From NCBI RefSeq assembly GCF_947568905.1, contig NC_079169.1, forward strand, positions 92,876,001-92,940,000: a stretch of DNA of 64,000 nucleotides, in the 5' to 3' direction. Position numbers and translations under genes: made by a program. Each line of letters begins with the position of its first letter. Positions within the stretch are counted from its first letter, which is position 1. Shown piece by piece: positions 32,901 through 44,900 of this stretch. The DNA comes from Ostrea edulis (Eukaryota). Below the pieces are notes generated by a model that worked only from the letters and a program-made list of their open reading frames with translations, was not told the origin of the DNA and searched no databases.

Positions 32901-35900
32901 CTTGATTATAAATATAGATATCAGTGCAAAAAAACTTTCACTGAAGCATCATTTTTGAGAGTGGATGGAATGTTTGTCTTTGTTTACAGGCTGAGTGATG
33001 AGGACCTCCCCAACCGATGTTCTGTCCTCCTGCCGACCTCCCTCGCTGCTGCCGTGAAGATTGACTCGTGTTACCTTCCCTGTCTGATCCCGGTACTTCA
33101 AGGTCACATCAATGTCAGCCTGGTCAGGATACACTTGTATAATCACTTCAGGTGTCTCGGTAAAGGTAAGCTGTTATATATACCTGTATAATTACTTCAG
33201 GTGTCTCAGTAAAGGTAAGCTGTTATATACACCTGTATAACCACTTCAGGTGTCTCAGTGAAGGTAAACTGTTATATACACCTGTATAACCACTTCAGGT
33301 GTTTCAGCAAAGGTAAGCTGTTATATACACCTGTATAACCACTTCAGGTGTCTCGGTAAAGGTAAGCTGTTATATATACCTGTATAATTACTTCAGGTGT
33401 CTCAGTAAAGGTAAGCTGTTATATACACCTGTATAACCACTTCAGGTGTCTCAGTAAAGGTAAGCTGTTATATACACCTGTATAACCACTTCAGGTGTTT
33501 CGGCAAAGGTAAGCTGTTATATACACCTGTATAACCACTTCAGGTGTCTCGGTAAAGGTAAGCTGTTATATATACCTGTATAATTACTTCAGGTGTCTCA
33601 GTAAAGGTAAGCTGTAATGTTCATGTCAATGTAATTCCTGAGCACATACCTGTACTGCTGATAGAGGAATACTATGCATAAAAGTTATATTCAGAATTTA
33701 CATATTTATTTTAAAAGTTAAAAATCATTCATCAGGTCAGGAAATGTTCATTCTGTGTTATTTTGTCATGTCAAGGTTAATCAAAGACCAAGGGCAGTTT
33801 ACTGTTATTCAAGAATTGACATTGTACATTGTATATGCAAATTCCACTTTTATCAGGCGTCCCTAGCAAGTTACGACCCTTTGCATTTGATGGCAATCTT
33901 CCGGAGGACCAGATGTTTGCAGCCCTGTACCTCAGGAACTCCACCCTGCAGATCAGGCACATGGTGGGAGACTTCTGCAGGACTAGCATCCAGGTACATT
34001 GACAGAAGACCTCATTAAAGTTAATAGAACTATTACAGATCATAATGGTCAAAGGAAAAAGAGGCAGATGCACTCTGTTAGTCTGGAATGTTTTAATGCT
34101 TCTCAAATTTGCAGCTTTCAACAAAAAAACTAAGCTCAATAGACAAAATATGTGCAAAAATAACTGTTCTGGATTCATTTTTGAACAGTTTCTTGTGTGA
34201 TCAAATCACAATCACAATTTGTTTTAGATAAGTGGGTCCCCGAACGTACAGGTAACGGACTATGGCAATCTCACTGAGCACGACGCTCTCAAACCATTTG
34301 TATTCTACGGGGATATTTGCTTACGTCCTGGAATTAAGAAGGTAGGGTTAGATTGATCAAGTACAAAATGAAAGTGAACTACATAAGTACAAAAAATGTC
34401 AAATTGAAAGTAGAGTACAAAATGAAAGTGAACTACATGAGTACAAAAAATGTCAAAATGAAAGTAGAGTAGGTGTCTTTACAACAATCATATCTTCTTT
34501 TTCCAGATGCAACAGCTGGACTGTAATCTGACTGTAGATCCAGTGTTTATCAGGTTTGGTAAAGGAGTGATACACACTCTGAACTGTTCAATGCAGGCGT
34601 GGTCCCAGGTAGGATTCTCCATAAGTCTCGTATAATCATTAGGGCCCCGTCTTATGTGCCCAATAGTACTCACTCTGTCTGTCCATCCATCTATTCATCT
34701 GTCAGCACTTAATTGCATGAGATAACTTCAGGTTGCTTAGGAAGATTTTCACAAATTTTGTACATAATACAATGTACTTGGTTAAGGCAGAGGAAGACCT
34801 TTTCATTTTGAGATTTATTGTGGGGCCTTTTCTGATATGTCCATGTTTTTTATTTGGAAGTTTATGTAAGTCATACATTGAAGTAGACATTAATGTCATT
34901 CTGTAATATTTAGATGTATGGTGTTACCAAGGAGACAGATCAAGTGATACTGAATCACTACATTATTTGTAATGACACATCTCAGCCAATCAGATTTGGT
35001 CAGGTAGGTCATGTGATACTGTAGAATCTGCCAGAATGAAGAAGAAATCTAGAAATCTGAATGCATGATTTAAAACGCTTGATTCCGTATCACCATTTTT
35101 ATAGGTTGGAACCGATGAGAACATTTGCTTGGGATCCAGGGAGATGCACTGCTATAGCTGGAGAAGTCAAAAGGCCAGGCAGGTAAGGGTCAAAGTTCAT
35201 CACATGTCACATGAGCAATTCATATCCCTCTTTGTGGAGATACTTAAGTTTGAAAATACATGAGAGCGTGAACTGCAACACTTTACATCAGCATATGTTG
35301 TGAAGCGCGTTAATTTTTATACTTCATATCTGGCAGAATATTCCGTACATTGTTCACATTCATGAAGAAATGGTTATCCTTTGAATTGGTAACAATATCA
35401 AAGGCAAAATTGGAAATATAAATATCTATATATGTACTATTTGGTATTTTAGGAGCTCCATCTTTGTGTGGATGGTAAAGTATGGAAGTGGTCCGAGCCC
35501 TTTGATATTAATGCTGTGGGCAGTATAGTGCGGGTCATGAAGTCGTTTAATCAGCAGCAGTCACTTATCATCACAGTCAAACAGATATCTAATGTCCAAA
35601 AACAGGTAAATTACAATATATCTAATGTCCAAAAACAGGTAAATTACAAGTATATCATTCTAATGTCCAAAAACAGGTAAATTACAAGTATATCTAATGT
35701 CCAAAAACAGAGGAATTACTGTATGTGATCCCCAGAAGCAGGTGAATTACAGGTATCTGATCCCCAGAAACAGTTGAATTAAACTGCAAGAAAAACAGTA
35801 GTGGTAGTCATGGTGAAGGATGTGTATGTGATTGACAGTGTGTTAGGTTTTCACACGTGAGTAGACATGGTCGTGAGATTCTTTCTTTGACAGATTTTAT

Positions 35901-38900
35901 CAATACAATGTATCTAGGTGTCATAGCCAGAAACTGAGATAAGGTCAAGTTGGATTTCAATTGCAGATTTTACTGAATCTTTTTGGTCATCAACTAAGAT
36001 GATCTCAACTTTGATTTAAGTATAAAAAGTGAAATTGAGATCAAAGTTGAGCTTATTTGAGATAAGTAAATCAGATCCAGGTGTTTAAACTGTAGCAGTT
36101 TTCAAAATATATTGTTTTGTTGAGAACAGGAAAAATATGATTGACTTTACAGGTGACAATCCATGGTCAGCTGATGATCACCAGTCGGATGTCGGTGCCT
36201 TTAAATGTTCGGATCTTCTACTCCACGTCACAAGCCGAGATGAACCAGACAACAGTCATGCTTCACCAGACAGACACTGGCCCCTCCCACATACTGGAAC
36301 CAGAGCACATCAAGTACATTAAAATACGTGCTCACCGAGGTCCAGTGGATGATTACGATTGGTCAAGCGAAGTTTATGTGTCCGCTGGGAAACTGACAGA
36401 CAACAGGACAATCCAGGTAGGTGTTCAGATGTGTGGAAAGATTTCTAAGTCATGATTAAATAAAAATGAATTATTATCCTGTCAGGACGAAAGTCCGGAG
36501 AGCTATTGTCATGACCCTGGTGTTAGCGGCAGCATCACACTTCACAGCAAAACTTTAATCTGGGCTATATCTTTTGAACCAAGGGGGCTAAGGCTTTAAT
36601 ATTTCACAGATAGATTCCTCAGCCAGGCCTTTCATTTGGTACCAAGGCGTTTTGACCTCTTGACTGGGACTTTGACCTACTTTTCAAAAATTTGATCCTT
36701 AACTAGGTGATGGGTTAAGTAGAGTCACACTTCCCAGCAAGCTACATTGGCTTCTGACATCTTGTGGTTTACTGAGTGCAGTTTTCCCTTAGCTTGTAAT
36801 AACTTTTTATTTATTTGTAAATATTCAAAACTTGAAATGATATTTGAAGATTCTTTATATGGATCTAAGAAAAGAAAACAATATTATTAGATTGATAACA
36901 GAGGAAAGTCTCATTAAAGTTTACTGTCGGATAAATTGCATTTTAGATAACGATGCCGGATAACAGCAAGATACACATCTGGTGCCACGTGATCTGTCAG
37001 CATGTCAGGAGCTCATCTCGCCTCACAGTAAGCCAGTTCTCCTTCAGATTTTCAGATCATGTTGAAAATTCACTTGTAACGGAAAATGGAAAGAGAATAT
37101 TTGCAAAGAAGGGAGCAATTTGTTGATATGTGCATGCTGTGATTTAACATCCTCTCTAATGATTAACTCCCTTGGTCTATATGATTGTCTCCCTTTATGC
37201 TAGCTTCAGAAGTATTACACATCTACAAGGAGAATGGTGAGTGTACACTGGGAATCTGAATATTTTCACAATTTGTGGATTTGATTGTAATACTCTGGTA
37301 GAATCTGTGAAACAGCTTTCTTCTCTAAGTATTCCTCTGTCATCTGTGCACAATTTACTGTAACACTAACACACACACACCAGTACCACGTGTTTCAATA
37401 ACTGAAATTTTGCTTATATATAATATACATTGATGTTTATTACAGAGTGGTTTTTTTATAGAACAAACTTGCTCAAAATTTATAGTTCCTGTTGACAGCC
37501 TTAAAGTACAGTGATATTACTAATGACATATATTTGATGTACTATATTGTAACGAAAACCGAGGGTATGGGGTAGTTACATAATCATGGGCCGCTGTTTA
37601 TCTTTTAATAAATTGTCATGGTAGAAATTGTTACTTTGGTTGAACACAATTTATGACGAACGATGACCAATTGAAGGTCCACTTTGAAATAATATCTTCA
37701 CTTGATAGTCATATGTATAAGAATAATATTCTATAAAGTTTATAACATTTATTGCGACGATCCTTTGGTCAAATTGTATATACACATACAATGGTAACTC
37801 GTTTGGTTGGTACAACGTTATTTAGTTAAGTATACAGTGACGAACCAATCCAGGACATTCCTATTACTAAAAGACTTGTAAATTACTATAAAAACGTTAT
37901 GTCACTCTAATAAATATGTGGTTACATGTAACCTAAACTTGGTACTATTTGTTACCTACCACTATCTTATTTTCGACGTGTACCGAGTCTCTCTCTGTAG
38001 TTGACTGATCTTCTCTCTCCAAACAGCTGTCTTTTATTTACATCGGTTGTTGTGATGACGTAGTAACGTTTCAAACTGATAACGTCATACGTTTATCTAA
38101 GTTAGCGCGTTAAATTTGTAAATATTACTTAATAACGTTGTACCAATATAAACATAATAAACATAACATATTTTATAACAATATGTGAATCAAAACAATC
38201 AAGTTCAATAAAATCAATTGTAATTCGTTTCTCGTTCATATTTTGCTTATAAATGACTTTAGAAGTAGTTTTAAACATCGGGTTCAGGGTTCATAATATT
38301 CTATCATAAGCAGTTAGTCTGAATGAAAATCACAACATTGTAACAAACGATATGGATTTAATTGGATAATTCTAAAGTTGCATCTACTATCAGGTCAGTT
38401 TAATGTTGTATAGGTATAAAGTAGTGTATTGAATGAGTGAAGTCCTGAACCGTAACAATATTTTAATGTAAACTATATATTTTCAAACAGGTATGATATT
38501 GCAAAGAATATTCGCATTCCTTTAATGCATCATGTACAATTGTCTACTGTATACTTATTCTCACCACAGATATCATCATACACATACATGTACATGTACA
38601 GGTGACTTTCGATAACTCGAAGTTCAAGGGACCTTGATAAAACTTTGAGATGTCGAGAGTTCAAAATATCGAAATTCGGAAATTGCAGGTCTGTCGGTAT
38701 GGTTCAGATTTTACTTTAACCAGAAATGTTTACCAACAAGATCATATGATATCGTTTTGACAAGTTTTCCTTCATATTCGTCAGGTACTTTGATATCAAA
38801 ATAAAAAACCTTATTTTGCATTAATAAAAACATTTCAAAGTTTATGTATTTATTTGTTCTTTAATCATGCTTAGATAGGCATGCAAAAACAAGTTCCGAT

Positions 38901-41900
38901 GATGCTTTACTATCGCAAATTAAACAGAGAACAATGTTATGTCGCTTTACCCAAAGCAAAAATTCTAACGAATGAGTAAAACGATGTTTTAGAGTAACTT
39001 TACACAAAGAACAAACTTGAAATATTTAACAGTCTGAAGATCTCTAAATTATGTACAGTCAACTCTCGATAAACCGCCACCTTTTGTTCTTATGAAATTA
39101 TGGCATTATAACGAATTTTGCGATGAATTGAATTACTGCCATCTTGAAGAAATAGAGTTACCGTTCTTTTATATGTAAGAGTTATCTTTCCTCTATTTAC
39201 AATACTTATGTAAGTGAGCGATCCTTTGCTGCTAAGATGTCGCCCACTGTCCTTCTTTTTATATAGCCTTTTCCCATAAAACAGAAAAACGATTTGCAAT
39301 ATCCTGATGGGTACATTTTTGATGATGTCCTTGGTACGTAATGATTTGCTTTTTCTCATCGAAATTTAACAGGACCCTTTTTCGTGGCGAAGCCATAGCT
39401 AAATTGAAATGTGTTTCTTTGATGTATAAACAACTTGACTACAGTTCATCTCGAGTATTGTTCTTGTTTATTCAATACAACAATTACTGGGATCCTTCTG
39501 TCCAGGTATACGCTGGAGATTGATAATGACCAATTTACTGCTTCACTGACCACGTGCACCCATGGCGGTTTATCAAGATAATTAACACGTTGAAATGGAC
39601 TTTTGTAATGAAAACACTGTGGCAAATGGCGATAGCGAATTTGGCGTTTTAACGAGAGTTTTAAGTAACAGGAAAAATGTTCCTAGAAAAATGCGGCGTT
39701 ATAACGAAAATGGCGGTGAATTGAGTGGCGATAATTCGAGAGTTACCTGTACATGTATAAAACTTACTTTCTTGTTGTCAAGTCAAAACAATTGTAGATT
39801 TTATTTGTAGTCAGATTATATATAATTTTAATCATCAAGACACAAAACCCCAGTGCATTGTGTAAACTGACCAATTAGCCAATTATATACTCAAGTGTGA
39901 CACCTCCACTAAGAAGCACCAGTGATGTTTCAACTATGTAAACACCTAATTACCCCTCCAGCATTCAACAAAATCCAGGTAAGGCCCAAGCTGAAATTAT
40001 TACATGCTTGGGTAACGATGGGTATATGCTACCACCACTTCGAGAGATGGAGAGTGAAAAACAATGAAATGTGTTTTACGGGACCCAAGTTCACTTCGAG
40101 AGATCAAACGTTCGAGAGATTGATAGTAAATTTGCTTTGTTATATAGAGAGAAAAATTGGGACCATGATTTCACTTCGAGAGACTAAGAACTTTGAGAGA
40201 TCGAAGTTCGAGCCATCGAGAGTCACCTGTATATAAAGATATTAGACGTTCTATAATTAGCTGATGTGCCATACCCAATGTTCCTTATATGAAAACTTAT
40301 GATATATAACCTGTGTCATAAAAAGATAAAGATATGAATGACTGTACCCATACTGGCCATAAAAAGGGCATAAATTTTGCATCGGCTAAACAAGAGTGCA
40401 TGTACTTACCCCAAAATATGAAACTACACAGACTGCAAAGGTGGACGATGAAATTTTTCAAAGTGATGTGAGAAAATGAGCAATTTCATCATTAATTTTT
40501 GCTTTGAGAAAGGGCGAGCACATGCATTGAGCAACACCAAATTGATATATGTTATAGATATATTGAAATATTTAATCTACATGTACATAAATATCTACAT
40601 GTACATAAATATCTACATGTACATAAATATCTTTTTGCTCGGTGATTGTGCTCTGATAATTTTAATTGAAAATCGACCATGCAAGGACCTTTTTTCGTCA
40701 ATTTTTGTTAAATTATGGTGTAATCGACTGATTGATTTCATGATCAGTGATAGTGAATATTTTGCTGAGAAATGTGCTGATTTTTGCTCATTTTGTCTTT
40801 AACTTTTAAAAACTACTTTTTGACATTTCTACCTTGATCATAATACAGTAGTACTCATACTTCTTCTTGGAAAATTTTATGAGGGATAATTTATCTTTGT
40901 TATAGGTCAGCTTCTGTTGCAAATTCAAGATTGTAACTTTAAGTATATTGTACCCCAAACTTATCAAGTGTTGGTTCTTCATTCAGTCTCCATAATGTCA
41001 AAATTATTTCAGAAGTTTATTGTGTATCATCAAAGTTAGATGACTTAAATTTAAATCTTGATTTTGAAGGTATTGTTGTGTCCACTGTATGTGATTCGAT
41101 CCCAGTTACCACGGCAACTGATTGTTCACATGGAGACCCCCAGTCTGAAACAATCACGAGAGGTCATCGTTCCTGGTAAAGGGAGAGAACTTCAGCTGGA
41201 ATGTCTGGGAGCTGCCCACAGCCATAACCTCACTTTCCAGCTCAGGTACTAATTGGGAAGCTGTAATCTTACCTGTTCATTGTACAGGTAACAGTTTCTA
41301 ATGGTTTAATAACCCGTATTGATTTTCAGATGAAAGACTACCATGTTTTCTTGTGGATTTCAGTTTTTGGGTCAGTGGTATATATTTGTTTACTTCTTGT
41401 AGATTTCAGTTTTGGGGTCAGTGGTTTACTTCTTGTGGATTTCAGTTTTGGGGTCAGTGGTTTACTTCTTGTGGATTTCAGTTTTGGGGTCAGTGGTTTA
41501 CTTCTTGTGGATTTCAGTTTTGGGGTCAGTGGTTTACTTCTTGTGGATTTCAGTTTTGGGGTCAGTGGTTTACTTCTTGTGGATTTCAGTTTTGGTCAGG
41601 GGCATATATGATTTCTTTTTGTGGGTTTCAGTTTTTGGGTCAGGGGTAAATATGTTTGGTTTTTTTTTACAAACATTTATAAGACTTGGGAATCAAAATC
41701 TGATGATGTTTCTTAGTTTTTCATATTTAAACAAGGCAGTAAGCAACAGTATGGGGAGGGAAGTTGTGTTTGAGGTGACTTTTAGTCCATCATCACTGAT
41801 ACAATATTTTATCTTTTGTAGTCAAGAGTTGGAGAAGTCTAGTTCTGCAGTGACCTTGACCACAGGCTTGATCAATAAAGTCACAAGGTCATCACCGTCA

Positions 41901-44900
41901 CCTATAGATGTGGAGAGCTTGACTCAGACTTGGAAGAAGGAAAGTGGAAACCAGTGGCCGTACTGCTCTTCAGACAACGCAAAGTAAGTCAGTAATGTGG
42001 GTGTGATCAGACTGCAACCAAAATTTTGACTTTGTGAAACTTCATTCAAAACAGTTTGAATCAATATTGAAGAATATTGTGACAATGTAAATTAAACACT
42101 ACTGGGACTATGCTATTCCGTATAAGTGGTATTTTTAGCAAGACACAAATTTAGTGATTTTTCTATAAATTATGGGTATACAGTAAAATATCTGTATCTC
42201 GAATATGGTTTATCTCGAATACCCCGCTTGAGTCGAAGTCGACTGCCGGTCCCGGCCGTTTTCCCTATATAAATGATTAAAAAAACTTCTGATATTTCGA
42301 ACACGGTAATCTCGAATACTCCGCTTATGTCGAAGTATTTTCAAGGTCCCATACCCTAAATTCACCTGGTTTATCTCGAAGTGCAGTCAATTTTCCGCTC
42401 TGCTTACTATACCCGGCGTCGTTAAGTCACACTTTCACACGCACGGCTACACCAATTATAATTAATGACCGCTAATCCACGCTCGCCTTTTCCGAGTAGA
42501 CCCAGGTCGCAATAAATGGTTCATCAGCTTGATTGATTAGTGAAGCCTTCCAACAGTACGGCTAAAGTTCACCGTCAATTATGACCTAACACACCCGATT
42601 CCAGGTATGGTGTTTGGAATGATACACGCTCTATCATTAACATGTAGGTTAGATAAACGCACAGAATCGTCGAAGTACGCTGGAAGGTAAAGCTCGTAAT
42701 AACGATAATGCATTTAATAATACACTCTTCATCAATAAAACTAGTACAGAGAAAACACGTAAATTTATTCAATAAACACTTAAAAGTTGGTGTGTTTTTT
42801 TCAAATCCGTCTGTTTTGTTTTTTACGTCATTACAACGCAATAACTACATTCCAGTCGAGCCTGGACATCAGTAAACTTAAAGTAAGCATAGAGGCACGA
42901 TCATCTTAATTTTGAAACACATTGTGAATTCAATTGGATGTTTATATATATTAGAAAAAAACGAAATGTTTGTCTTTGAAATTCAACAATATTAATTTAT
43001 CAACTTGTATTAAACTATAAGAAACGGCAACGGGGTTTTTGCTTATAATGCAAATCCCATACTATGCATCAAATATCCTCCTTCAAAAAATATCCAAGAT
43101 CGATTTTGGATATCTCGAACCCCCGGATATCTCGAAGTTTTTTCGAGGTCCCTCGGACTTCGAGATAGAGATATTTTACTGTATATATTTAGCGAGAGCT
43201 AATTTTAGCGACTTTATAATTCCAAGAAAGATAGCTTTTACCTCCAATATAGAATAAATATTTGCAATATTGAATTTTAGTAATCTCAACACTGCTGTTA
43301 ATAATGCCAAAATTAAATCCTTGCTAAAAATTCTGCTTTAAGCGGTATGTTAATGATACATGCATAGTAAGGTACAACGACCCTCGTATATAGGTATTCA
43401 GTTCAGTGTCAATGAAATTCTTGCAGTTGTTACAAACTTTTCCTTTTTCTTGATTGGGATATATGTATTTGTATTTCCAGAGAAATCCCAGGGAATTTCT
43501 ACATTCCACCAGATGCTCCCCCAGTATCCAGCCCCCAATCATCAGTGGGAACAGACCCCGGGGACTTTGACATGATAGTGTCCCAGCCCAGCCTGGACCT
43601 TCACCTTAATCTGTCAGAGTACTGGCCAGGTTGTGGTACCCTGATGATTGACGTGTTGCCGTGGTGCCTTATGACAAATCAAACTGACCTTGACCTTCTG
43701 ATAGTAGAACCAAACGGCACATCATGGCAACTTCCTTCCAAGAAAACATTTACACCTCCAAAATTCAAGGTATTTTAGGCTTCACCAGCAGGGAGATAAA
43801 TCTATATATAAGATATAGATTATGTTGATTTTATATATATGTTTGTTTTTCAGACTGAATTTAGCATCGGTATGGTCTTTGGAGGATTCCCATTTTACAC
43901 TACCCCTATTCCTCTCTCCAACGAGGAAGTAGAGCTACAGTTATATAATCCAGACAAAGGAAGAGTACTCTTCATAGATGGATATTTACAAACCAGAATC
44001 CTAGTCAAACACCAGCAGAGAAACCAGGTAGGTGCTCGTACCAATTTGTTCTGTGCCAAGTAAATATACCAGACTCTGAACACCATCATATACCTGTACC
44101 TATTTTCAATTTTGATCTGAAAGCATTTTTCATACTAACCTTGATCTGCTAATGCCTGTAAACTGCTATTGCCTGTAAAAGTTCTGCTAATGCCTGTAAA
44201 CTGCTAATGTCTGTAAAAGTTCTGCTAATGCCTGTATACTGCTAATGCCTGTAAAAGTTCTGCTAATGCCTGTAAACTGCTAATGCCTGTAAACTGTTAA
44301 TGCCTGTATACTGCTAATGCCTGTAAACTGCTATTATCTGTAAAAGTTTCGCTACTGTCTGACTTACTTGACTTAATTCCTTCTCTCCTCGTGGAGAATA
44401 GGGCCATGAACAAGTCCTCTCCATTTACTTCTATCCTGGGCTGATCTTGCTGCCTCTGTCCATGACCCAAAACCTAGTTCTTTCCTCTCTCTTTCTATTG
44501 TTCTTCTCCACGTTTCCTTCGGTCTTCCTCTCTTTCTTTTTCCTTCTGGTGTCCAACTAAGGGCTACATATGGGTGTGTTCTTTTATCCATCCGTAACAC
44601 ATGTCCAATCCACTGCCATCTGCGTGTTTTTATCATAGTGCTGATCTTTGCTACTCCTGCTATCTCTCTAACTGCTACATTTGATATTTTCATTGGCCAG
44701 TAGATCTTTAAGATTTTCCAAAGACATTTGTGTTGGAAGGTATCTACAAGTTTTTCATCCCCTTTTGTCATTTTCCAGGTCTCACTGCCATACAATAACA
44801 CAGCTATTACATTTGAACTGTAGAGCTTCATTTTTGTTTTTCTGTTGAGTTGGTTATTGCTCCAGATCTTGCGTAGCTTATGGAATGTTACTCTTGCATG

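Noticed and set aside
31690-32921. CRISPR-like repeat-spacer array
   Set aside because: The 'spacers' are identical 54-bp linkers and the 26-bp units are directly adjacent. The context is a eukaryotic intron with no cas genes.
36481-36505. Hammerhead ribozyme (GGACGAAAGTCC)
   Set aside because: It lacks the CUGANGA core; it is the 5' hairpin of a HINE-type element.
39090-39359. 89-aa minus-strand ORF as a transposase fragment
   Set aside because: No DDE, HTH or other recognisable motif; it lies in AT-rich MITE interior.
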